Source: Bdellovibrionota bacterium (lineage in GTDB: Bacteria; Bdellovibrionota_C; UBA2361). From it: a stretch of DNA of 64,000 bases. Shown in pieces: positions 10,166-18,201 of this stretch. Under the pieces are notes generated by a model. The model saw only the letters and a program-made list of their open reading frames with translations. It searched no databases and had not been told where the DNA came from. The stretch lies in assembly GCA_044352465.1 (NCBI GenBank), contig JBILDU010000002.1:25283-89282 (forward strand), read 5' to 3'. The stretch's first letter is position 1. The number at the start of each line of letters is the position of its first letter. The translations under genes were made by a program, and so were the position numbers.

Positions 10166-11023
10166 CTATTGCAAGAGACGGAGCGCCACTTGCGGTTGAA
10201 GGTTCGCCTGCGCGAGAACCGCTTGGGCTGATTGCTGAAGCACCTGTAAGCGGACCATGTTGGCGACCTCCTCAGCGACGTCGACATCGCGGATACGACT
10301 CTCCGCGGCGATGAAGTTTTCTCGCGCGACGGAAAGGTAATTAATCGCGCTCGACAAACGACTCTCGACCGCGGCGATAGTCCCACGCGTCGACGTTAAT
10401 GAAAGTATCGCGTTTTGAATACTACTCACCGCGGTAGTCGCCGCCGTCTGCGAGAAGGCTATTGATGTTGAGATGATCGATACCGTGAGTTCGCTGGAAG
10501 CGTTGCCGATGCCGAGCGAGCTGAGTGTGCCTAAAACTCCGCTAATCGTGATCCGTGAATCAGCAGAGCCGGTGAGCCCAACCTGCAACGTAATGCTCGA
10601 GGAGTTCGATAGAAGGTTGAACGTATTAAAAACGGTAGCTCGGGAGATCCGGTCTATCTCTGATCCGAGGGCGATAAATTCAGACGAGAGGGCCGAGCGC
10701 TGCGCTTGAGTAAAGACTCCGTTGGCGCTTTGCTGGGCGAGTTCAAGCATGCGATTGAGAATCGTATTGACCTCCCCGAGAGCCGCATCCGCTATCGAAG
10801 TGATAGAGATCCCGTCGTTGGCGTTTCGGATAGCGACTGAGGCGAGTCGGGCGTCGGCGCGGAGGTTGTCCGCGAGCGCTAAGCCAGCCGGGTCGTCGGA
10901 AGCAGAGTTAATCCGCAGACCTGACGAGAGACGTTGAAAAGAAAGGCTGAGCCTATTCGTGGTGAGACCGAGTTGTCTTTGAGCGCGAACCGAGTCAATC
11001 GCACTCGCAATTGAAAGAGACAT
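10166..11023 (-). CDS. Flagellin (compact, D0/D1 only)
   Basis: RLSSGLRINSASDDPAGLA, LNRMLELAQQSANG, EIDRISRAT.FN, AAESRIRDVDVAEE, AQANLQPQVALRLLQ. Confidence 0.93.
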   Translation of the reverse strand: MSLSIASAIDSVRAQRQLGLTTNRLSLSFQRLSSGLRINSASDDPAGLALADNLRADARLASVAIRNANDGISITSIADAALGEVNTILNRMLELAQQSANGVFTQAQRSALSSEFIALGSEIDRISRATVFNTFNLLSNSSSITLQVGLTGSADSRITISGVLGTLSSLGIGNASSELTVSIISTSIAFSQTAATTAVSSIQNAILSLTSTRGTIAAVESRLSSAINYLSVARENFIAAESRIRDVDVAEEVANMVRLQVLQQSAQAVLAQANLQPQVALRLLQ

Positions 11024-11264
11024 ACTTCACCAATTCCATCTGGTTCAGTGGCGACATCAATTGCCGCTGTAGAGGGGGTGACGGCAATAAGGGAGCAACC
11101 CATAAGGAACTGTATCTCTTTTTTCAGGGACGCTTGAGATTACAGTGGGGAAAAGACAGCAAGAAGTGTGTTTTTAGGTAGTTATGCTTTTGGGCCGAAA
11201 TGAGCGCCCCCCAAAAGGGGAAGTTCTCGAAAGGGTGGGTAAATGGTTTCAGCTTCCCGAGAGG

Positions 11265-12182
11265 TTACGGCTCGTTCGGATCGAGTACCCGACTCATCGT
11301 GCCATCGCAATCGAGCAGAAACTCCTCGCCCCCCACTTTGATTCGCCCGCTCTTACAGGTGCTGCGCGCTCTGCCTTGCGGTTTATTTTGAGCGAGATCG
11401 GCTTGATCAATCTCGGTCACGGGGCTGCCGATGTCGTCGTCAGCCGAGCGCATGATCAAACTCAAACGACCAAGCTGGCGCGCCGTCGTGATCTGAAGCG
11501 CATCTTTCGGTGAGACGTCGAGAGTAATCGTGCGACTGGTACGCCGGCTCCGTGAATCGACCCCGAGATCGGAGCGGTCGGCCGCTGTGCTTGTGTCTCC
11601 CCCGTAGGAGAGTACCCGCGCGTTTTGAACGATAACCTTTGACACGAGCTGCCCGTTCTCCTGGAAAGTCAGAACGACGTCGACTTTCGTCCCCGGTAAG
11701 GCGTGTCCCTCGAGTCCCGCAGTTTCATCCACCTCGATCGATACCGCGCGATTGCGTGGGGTCAGAGCGAGAGAGGTGGTGAGCCCTTCGCGGCTCAGGT
11801 GCATGCGTTGGAGTGGAACGCCAGGTGAAAGCTCCGTTTTGGCGTAAAGATTGTGTAGTTCGGAGATATCTCGAATGGCGCCGTCCGGAACTTGGGAGCG
11901 GGGCCACAGGACCTCTTTGAAACGAATTTCGCTGAGCTTCGACCCGGCGCGAACCGTTCGCTCCGGAGTGAGCAGAGCTACGGTGCCGAGATTTCCTACC
12001 GGTGCAGCGACGTTCTCAGGAGCCGCTGAACGAGCGTTTGCATCGCTGCGGAAATTGAAGACGACGATAAGAATAACGAGAAGAGAAAAGGCGAGTCCGA
12101 GAGCAGCGATAAAAAGAAGTCGCTCTCGGTCGTTCGATTTTCCACCCATTGTGGGTGAGTACCTACCAAACTTCGTGCTCAT
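11265..12182 (-). CDS. cpaB: Flp/Tad pilus assembly protein CpaB (SAF + RcpC domain)
   Basis: N-terminal TM helix; EVLWP..QVPDGAI; RAVSIEVDETAGLEGHALPGTKVDVVLT; VQNARVL; TITLDVSP; GRLSLIMR. Confidence 0.9.
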   Translation of the reverse strand: MSTKFGRYSPTMGGKSNDRERLLFIAALGLAFSLLVILIVVFNFRSDANARSAAPENVAAPVGNLGTVALLTPERTVRAGSKLSEIRFKEVLWPRSQVPDGAIRDISELHNLYAKTELSPGVPLQRMHLSREGLTTSLALTPRNRAVSIEVDETAGLEGHALPGTKVDVVLTFQENGQLVSKVIVQNARVLSYGGDTSTAADRSDLGVDSRSRRTSRTITLDVSPKDALQITTARQLGRLSLIMRSADDDIGSPVTEIDQADLAQNKPQGRARSTCKSGRIKVGGEEFLLDCDGTMSRVLDPNEP

Positions 12183-12585
12183 AGAGCTTCTTTTTCTCCC
12201 CGTGCAAAGACCGGCGCGTTAACCTTCATGGCGATGCGACGGAAAAGCTTCCCCTCGACAAGCAATCGCGTCAGGACACGTTGGCGCGGGGATAAAACTC
12301 ACGCCTTGTTCATCCTCCGAGCGCTGCGCGCTTACGACACGCACCTCCGGCAAGGCTGCGAATTTATTTTTCACAACATCCCAAGAGCCGGCTTCTCTTT
12401 GATGGTAAGTCTACCCGGTTTGGCTATACACCTGGTATCCCTAACACTCTAAATTCGTTATCGTATGTTTGATATGGAAACTTAAGGACGGAGCGTCGTT
12501 GCGGGTTAAGAGCGAGTCACGCCACAGGGGGCGTGCCCGTTTCGCTCCCGGGAGGTTATGCTCCTACGAGTTTTTTGGAGGCGGT

Positions 12586-13089
12586 ATGGTTGAGCGCGAT
12601 ATGGTGAAAGTCCGAGGCATCCGTTTTGTCGGTTGCGCCGTCCTCCTCACCTCTTTATGGGGGTGTTTCTCTGGTAATACGTCGTTTCAATCACCCGAGG
12701 TGCGGAGCTCAGAAAGAAGTGCCCAAAAAGCAAAGGGCGAGAGTCGGGGGGAGCGTGAGCAACTTCAGCCCGCTCCGGACTCTTCAGCAGAGCGGAGTTC
12801 GATAGAGATCTTGTGGGAGTTACCCGCTGAGCCGATCGACGGTTTTACGGTGCGGTACGGCGAATCGCATGAGGCGTTAACCACGGAGCGGCGGTTGGCG
12901 GTGAGCGAGGTGGAAAAGGTGGAGGATCCGGTTCGCGGCAAACTTTATCGCTACGTCATCCCCGATATTCCGAATTCGCAACGTCTATTTGTCAGTATTA
13001 GCGCCTTTAAAGGTGAAACCGAATCGACCCCTTCGAGGGTCTTCGAGGTGGCCCCGGGTATGCCTGAACGTCGCGGGGGGGAGCGATAG
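12586..13089 (+). CDS. Putative lipoprotein with fibronectin type III-like C-terminal domain
   Basis: GGAGG SD before ATG 12586; lipobox LWGC; IEILWELP...GFTVRYG...FVSISAF...ES FN3-like pattern. Confidence 0.6.
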   Translation: MVERDMVKVRGIRFVGCAVLLTSLWGCFSGNTSFQSPEVRSSERSAQKAKGESRGEREQLQPAPDSSAERSSIEILWELPAEPIDGFTVRYGESHEALTTERRLAVSEVEKVEDPVRGKLYRYVIPDIPNSQRLFVSISAFKGETESTPSRVFEVAPGMPERRGGER

Positions 13090-13262
13090 TCATTACCTCA
13101 GACTGGGGTGGCTTGCGCCCGTGATGGAGGTGGTGAAGGGGCTATGTAACGTTGCGCTCCTATAGGTTTTCTGGCAAATCAACTTTACGAGCTGCGGTCG
13201 AAGAAGGCTTCTGACGGACGCTCAAAAGCTGAATAAGCATCAGTCCTTTAATTATAAAAAAT

Positions 13263-14000
13263 ATGATAGAAGTCGAGCATTTAGCCAAAAAATACGGTGA
13301 CTATACCGCGGTGAGCGATGTGTCGTTTACAGCTCAGCGTGGCGATGTGGTCGGCTTTCTCGGTCCCAACGGGGCGGGCAAGACGACATCGATTCGGATG
13401 TTGGTGACTTATCTCCCCGCAACCTCGGGTCGAGCGCGTATTGCGGGTTTCGATGTTGCCTCGGCAGCGGATGAGGTGCGGCGCCGGATCGGGTATCTCC
13501 CTGAAACGCCGCCGCTCTACGGTGAGATGAAGGTACGTGAGTACCTCCGCTTCGTCGGGCGGATCAAGGGAATAGCTGCGGATCGGCTCGAGAGTAGTGT
13601 CGACGATGCGATGGCACGGTGTTTTGTGAGCGATGTCGCGGACAAGCTGTGCCAACACCTGTCGCGCGGATACCGCCAGCGGGTGGGGCTCGCTCAAGCG
13701 ATCATTCACAACCCCGAAGTGATTATCCTCGATGAGCCGACGAGTGGGCTTGACCCGAAGCAGATTATTCAAATTCGGCAGATGATTAAGTCGCTCGCCG
13801 AGAATCACACGGTCGTTTTGAGCACTCATATTCTCGCCGAAGTCACCATGGTCTGCAGCAAAGTTGTCATCGTCAATCGGGGTCGCTCGGTTCTTGAGGG
13901 GGCGTTGAGCGAGGTTACCGCGACCCATTCCCTCGAGCAGGTGTTTATGGAGTGTGTCAGCGCCGAGGAGCGGGAGCTTGCCGTTGGAGGAGCTGTGTAA
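13263..14000 (+). CDS. ABC transporter ATP-binding protein (GldA-like)
   Basis: Walker A GPNGAGKTT, signature LSRGYRQR, Walker B IILDEPT, H-loop STH. Confidence 0.93.
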   Translation: MIEVEHLAKKYGDYTAVSDVSFTAQRGDVVGFLGPNGAGKTTSIRMLVTYLPATSGRARIAGFDVASAADEVRRRIGYLPETPPLYGEMKVREYLRFVGRIKGIAADRLESSVDDAMARCFVSDVADKLCQHLSRGYRQRVGLAQAIIHNPEVIILDEPTSGLDPKQIIQIRQMIKSLAENHTVVLSTHILAEVTMVCSKVVIVNRGRSVLEGALSEVTATHSLEQVFMECVSAEERELAVGGAV

Positions 14001-14776
14001 TGGGTAACGTGATTGCGATTTTTAAGCGCGAAGTTTTGTCGCTCTTTGTTTCCCCGGTGGTATATTTCGTGACCGCGGGTTTCGCCCTTCTGGGGGGCTA
14101 TTTTTTCTTTAACTTGCTGGGGATTTTTAACCTCATCCTCCAACGCTACTCGGCGATGCCGTTCCAAATGCCCGGAACGAATCTGCCCAACCTCAATCAG
14201 TGGGTAATCGAGGGGTTCTATCAGACGTTACTGGTCGTGCTTGTCTTTCTTATCCCGCTCCTCACGATGCGAACGATCGCTGAAGAGAAGCGCCGCGGTA
14301 CCTTTGAGCTACTCATTACATCGCCGGTGTCGGTTGGTCAGATCGTCTGGGGCAAGTTTCTCGGTGTTGCTTTCGTCGTGATGCTGATGTTGTCACTGAC
14401 GCTGGTATTTCCGCTGTTGTTGTGGTGGTACGGCAATCCAGAGGTGCCCCCGATCTTTACCGGTTTCCTCGGACTCTCGGCCTGTGCCCTTGGTTTTGCG
14501 AGTATCGGTATGGCTGTCTCCTCTTTTACGGAGAATCAGATCGTGGCGGGGGTGGCGAGCATGGTGACGTTGCTGCTCCTGTATGTCATCAACTCGCCGG
14601 CTGAGTCGATGAGCGGTCCAGCAGCGGCGGTGTTGAACTATCTCTCGCCGGTGATGCAGGTGCGCGATTTGCTGCGAGGGGTCGTGACCATCGGAAGCTT
14701 GACGTATTTCGGGAGTATGATCGCGCTCGGTTTGTTTGTGTCGATGCGGGCGCTCGATGCGCAGCGTTGGCGCTAG
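14000..14776 (+). CDS. ABC-2 permease (GldF-like)
   Basis: ATG overlaps the upstream TAA; six hydrophobic segments; LTMRTIAEEKRRGTFELLITSP and SSFTENQIVA motifs. Confidence 0.9.
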   Translation: MGNVIAIFKREVLSLFVSPVVYFVTAGFALLGGYFFFNLLGIFNLILQRYSAMPFQMPGTNLPNLNQWVIEGFYQTLLVVLVFLIPLLTMRTIAEEKRRGTFELLITSPVSVGQIVWGKFLGVAFVVMLMLSLTLVFPLLLWWYGNPEVPPIFTGFLGLSACALGFASIGMAVSSFTENQIVAGVASMVTLLLLYVINSPAESMSGPAAAVLNYLSPVMQVRDLLRGVVTIGSLTYFGSMIALGLFVSMRALDAQRWR

Positions 14777-14939
14777 GGTGTCTGTCTCCGCCGGCCGGCC
14801 ATGTCGCGCGCCTCTGGGTTGGGCTGCACGACGTTCTCAAAGCGGCGGCGGCGCGGAGCTCGCACCGACCTCGGCCGCGGCTGATTTTTGAAGTGACGTT
14901 ACGTCAATAACAAGGTGACTCGTTAAGATTGAGCGGCGT

Positions 14940-16562
14940 ATGAGTAAATGGATTCGGTTCTCGGGTATTCTCGGCGGGGTGCTCGTTCTCTTCGGTATCT
15001 TGGGTGGTCTCATCGCGGAGGAATACGATTCCCCCCTGATCGCGGGTCATCTCATTCTCGGAGTGATCTGTTTGGGGGCTTGGCTTTTCGCCTCCGGCAC
15101 TCGTGGAGTCGCCTCAGCAGGGGCGGTGCTCAAAGGTCGGTCGGCTCGATTCGGCGCCAATGTCGTGATCTACACCGGTGTATTTGTCGGTGTTCTCGTG
15201 GCGCTCAATTGGATTGTGCACCGACACGATCGCCGGTACGACTTCACCGAAGAGGGGGTCTATAGTCTCGCGCCCCAATCTCGCGACCTCGTGAAGGGAT
15301 TGCAGCAGTCGCTGAAAATCGTCGGATTTCTTGTCGGCGACGATCCTGGTCAGGAGAATCAGTTGCGCGATCTCTTTGCGCGCTTTAAGGAAGCCAACCT
15401 TGAGCGCGTGACCACGGAGGTGGTGGATCCTCGGGCAAAGCCGCACCTCGTTCAGACCTACGGCATGAAGCCGGGTAATGTCGTGTATCTGGAGCTGGGT
15501 GATGGTGAAGCGAAGGCAACGAGTCGAATTAACGAGTCGTCCGAGGAGGGGATTACGAACGCCATCCTGAAGCTTACCCGGGGAGCGGCGAAGAAACTCT
15601 ATGTGGTGCAGGGGCACGGGGAGCCGGATATTACGGCGAACGATCCGACCGGGCTCAAGGGGTTTGCTGATGCGATTGGGGACGAGCATCTGACCTTGGC
15701 GGGACTTATTCTTGGGCAACACAGCAAGATTCCTGAGGATGCTGCCGGAGTTCTTTTGATTTCGCCCAAGAAGCCGTTACTCGCGGAGGAGCGGCAGCTG
15801 CTCATTGACTACGTGGAGGGTGGGGGCAGGCTGCTGTTAATGGCCGACCCGCGGACCACCGAGGATGTGCGGACGATCGCCGCCCATTTCAAGATCGAAG
15901 TCGGTAACGACGTTATCATCGATCAGATTCAGCGGTTGTTCGCAGCTCCGGCTCTCGGTGTTCAGCCTATCGTGACGACCTACGCACCTCATCCGCTCAC
16001 CCGGAACATGTCGGAGCGTGAGGTCACCGTATTCAATCTGGCGTCCTCAATTCGTTCGGTCGGCACGAGTGATGCCACGACAACGTGGACCGATCTTGCA
16101 AAGACCGGTCTCACGGCGTGGGCGGAGAGAAACTTAGAGCAGCTATTTGACGCTCCGGAAGCAGCGGCGGTGCGCGATCCTGAGGACCTCGTAGGGCCAG
16201 TAACTATCGCAGCGGCGTATGAGCGTAAGCTCGACGGGGAGAAGCCCGCAAATGAGGGGGGTGAAGCCGGCGGAGATGATTTCCGTAAAGTTGCCCGCGT
16301 TGTTGTTTTCGGGGATTCCGACTGGATCCTGAATGCGAATCTGGCGGTATATTCGAATCGTGATTTTGCCCTGAACGCCGTCAACTGGCTCGTCGGCGAG
16401 GAGGGGGGCGTGACGATTCGTCCGCGACAGATGCGTGTCTCTCTTGCGCCGATGTCACAAGAGACTTTCGTGTGGCTATTGATTTCGAGCTTCCTCGTTC
16501 CTGAGCTCATTTTGCTTGTGGGCCTGGCAGTGTGGTGGCGGCGTAAGTCGGTTGCCGCCTAG
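14940..16562 (+). CDS. GldG-like ABC transporter auxiliary component
   Basis: RYDFTEEGVYSLAPQS, QGHGE, GGRLLLMADP, RVVVFGDSD, NAVNWL motifs; N- and C-terminal TM segments. Confidence 0.88.
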   Translation: MSKWIRFSGILGGVLVLFGILGGLIAEEYDSPLIAGHLILGVICLGAWLFASGTRGVASAGAVLKGRSARFGANVVIYTGVFVGVLVALNWIVHRHDRRYDFTEEGVYSLAPQSRDLVKGLQQSLKIVGFLVGDDPGQENQLRDLFARFKEANLERVTTEVVDPRAKPHLVQTYGMKPGNVVYLELGDGEAKATSRINESSEEGITNAILKLTRGAAKKLYVVQGHGEPDITANDPTGLKGFADAIGDEHLTLAGLILGQHSKIPEDAAGVLLISPKKPLLAEERQLLIDYVEGGGRLLLMADPRTTEDVRTIAAHFKIEVGNDVIIDQIQRLFAAPALGVQPIVTTYAPHPLTRNMSEREVTVFNLASSIRSVGTSDATTTWTDLAKTGLTAWAERNLEQLFDAPEAAAVRDPEDLVGPVTIAAAYERKLDGEKPANEGGEAGGDDFRKVARVVVFGDSDWILNANLAVYSNRDFALNAVNWLVGEEGGVTIRPRQMRVSLAPMSQETFVWLLISSFLVPELILLVGLAVWWRRKSVAA

Positions 16563-16600
16563 CTCCCCCGGGGACGCTCTCTTTTCGGAGGTATCACCGT

Positions 16601-18067
16601 ATGAATCTGCGAAAAACGCTCGGTATTGCTCTCCTCCTGGGAGGTCTCGTCGCATACATCCGGTTCTTTGAATTGCCCCGCGAAGAGGCGCGATTAACAG
16701 CTGACCAGCCTTATCGAGGGGTTTCACCGCAAGAATTCTCGGCGTTAACGGTTCGCAGAGGGGCCGAGACCTTTCGTTTTATTAATTCCGACGTCGTGAC
16801 AAAAGGGGCGGCGGCCCCGACCCCTGATCCCGTGACGCTCGCTTCGGTCGATCGCTCGAAGAGCTGGCGTCTCGCCGATGTTGGCGCTGGCGGGCTTGAT
16901 AAGGGAGCAATTAATTCACTCCTCACCGCGCTGGTTAGCTTTACTCTCGGCAAGCCGCTTGCGCGCGCCGAGCTAGCGAGCGATCCGAGCGTCTATGGAT
17001 TGAAAGAGCCGGTGGTTTCCTTGATGGTGACGCGTGGGGAAGAGACGCGGGAGATCCGTTTCGGGGCTCTTAATGAGTATGTGTCGAAGCGTTACGTGGC
17101 GAGCGGGGATGAGGTGTACCTGATTGCGGACGGGTTGTTCACTGCGGTCGATAAGGCGCGCGATCAGTTTCGCAATCGCAATCCGATTGATTTTGCTGAC
17201 AGTGAGTTGGCGGCGGTGAAACTGAAGAGCGGTAGCACGACGTTGAGTTTTGTGAGCGATGATTCTTTTCGGTGGCGGATGACCGAGCCGGTCGCCTTTA
17301 AGGTCAGCGATACCGCGATGGCGAATCTGGGGCGAGCGCTACGGAATATTCGTGTAGCCGACTTTGTTGATGACGTGGGAGAACTCGGGCAATACGGGCT
17401 TGCGGTGCCGAAGTTGTCGGTCGAGCTTCAATTTCGTCAGGAGGTCCGGCCCGAGCCTTTAAGTATTGATATCGGAGTGGTGCCAGCCGGGAAGGCAGAG
17501 GATGTGTTCCTGCGGATCGCCAACGCCGCTGCCGTGATGCGCCTCCCCTCTGATCCAACCGATGCCATTCTCAAGCGACCGGAAGATTTCCGTGATCGGT
17601 CGATCTTTAACGTCGCAGTTGATCGTGTTGAAGGGGTGACGATTGAACGCCCGAATTTAGAGACCTTGAAGCTGGAGCGGCGCGGGGAGGAATGGACAGT
17701 CAACGGTGCCCCCGGGGATCGGCCGTTCATCGAGCAGGTGGTACGCACTCTTGCGACCCTTGAGGCTGAATCGTTCGCTCGGACTGGTGTGGTGACGGGG
17801 GTCGAAAAGCCAACGGCGCGGATATCGGTCACGGTCCGAGGCCCGGAGCCTGAAGCGCCGGTAACGTCTCGCGTCCTTGTCGTCGGCAGTCGTGTCATGG
17901 ACGGTGAGAGTGAAACGGGTTACTATGGCCAGGTGAGCGACGGTAAAGAGACGTTCATCATCGGGGCGAAAGACTTTAAGCTACTCCTCCCGTTGAAAGA
18001 GTCGCTTGTGAAGATGAGCGCCGAAGCCGGGGAGGCGTCTCCCGATACGACCCCAGTGGGGGAGTGA
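16601..18067 (+). CDS. DUF4340-type membrane-anchored periplasmic protein (three repeats)
   Basis: N-terminal TM; repeated W-x...YGL-x-P...FR(D/N)R units; typical partner of GldAFG-like operons. Confidence 0.8.
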   Translation: MNLRKTLGIALLLGGLVAYIRFFELPREEARLTADQPYRGVSPQEFSALTVRRGAETFRFINSDVVTKGAAAPTPDPVTLASVDRSKSWRLADVGAGGLDKGAINSLLTALVSFTLGKPLARAELASDPSVYGLKEPVVSLMVTRGEETREIRFGALNEYVSKRYVASGDEVYLIADGLFTAVDKARDQFRNRNPIDFADSELAAVKLKSGSTTLSFVSDDSFRWRMTEPVAFKVSDTAMANLGRALRNIRVADFVDDVGELGQYGLAVPKLSVELQFRQEVRPEPLSIDIGVVPAGKAEDVFLRIANAAAVMRLPSDPTDAILKRPEDFRDRSIFNVAVDRVEGVTIERPNLETLKLERRGEEWTVNGAPGDRPFIEQVVRTLATLEAESFARTGVVTGVEKPTARISVTVRGPEPEAPVTSRVLVVGSRVMDGESETGYYGQVSDGKETFIIGAKDFKLLLPLKESLVKMSAEAGEASPDTTPVGE

Positions 18068-18201
18068 TTTCATACCCAAAGAGGCTCTCGCAGTCGTTGA
18101 GCGTGAACTACTTTTCCCGGAGCAAGCAGGCTTTCGGGGACAAGGGGGCTTGCGGTGATCGACGGGGCTCGGTTTGAGTCACCCCGATCTGTCGGAGGGC
18201 G

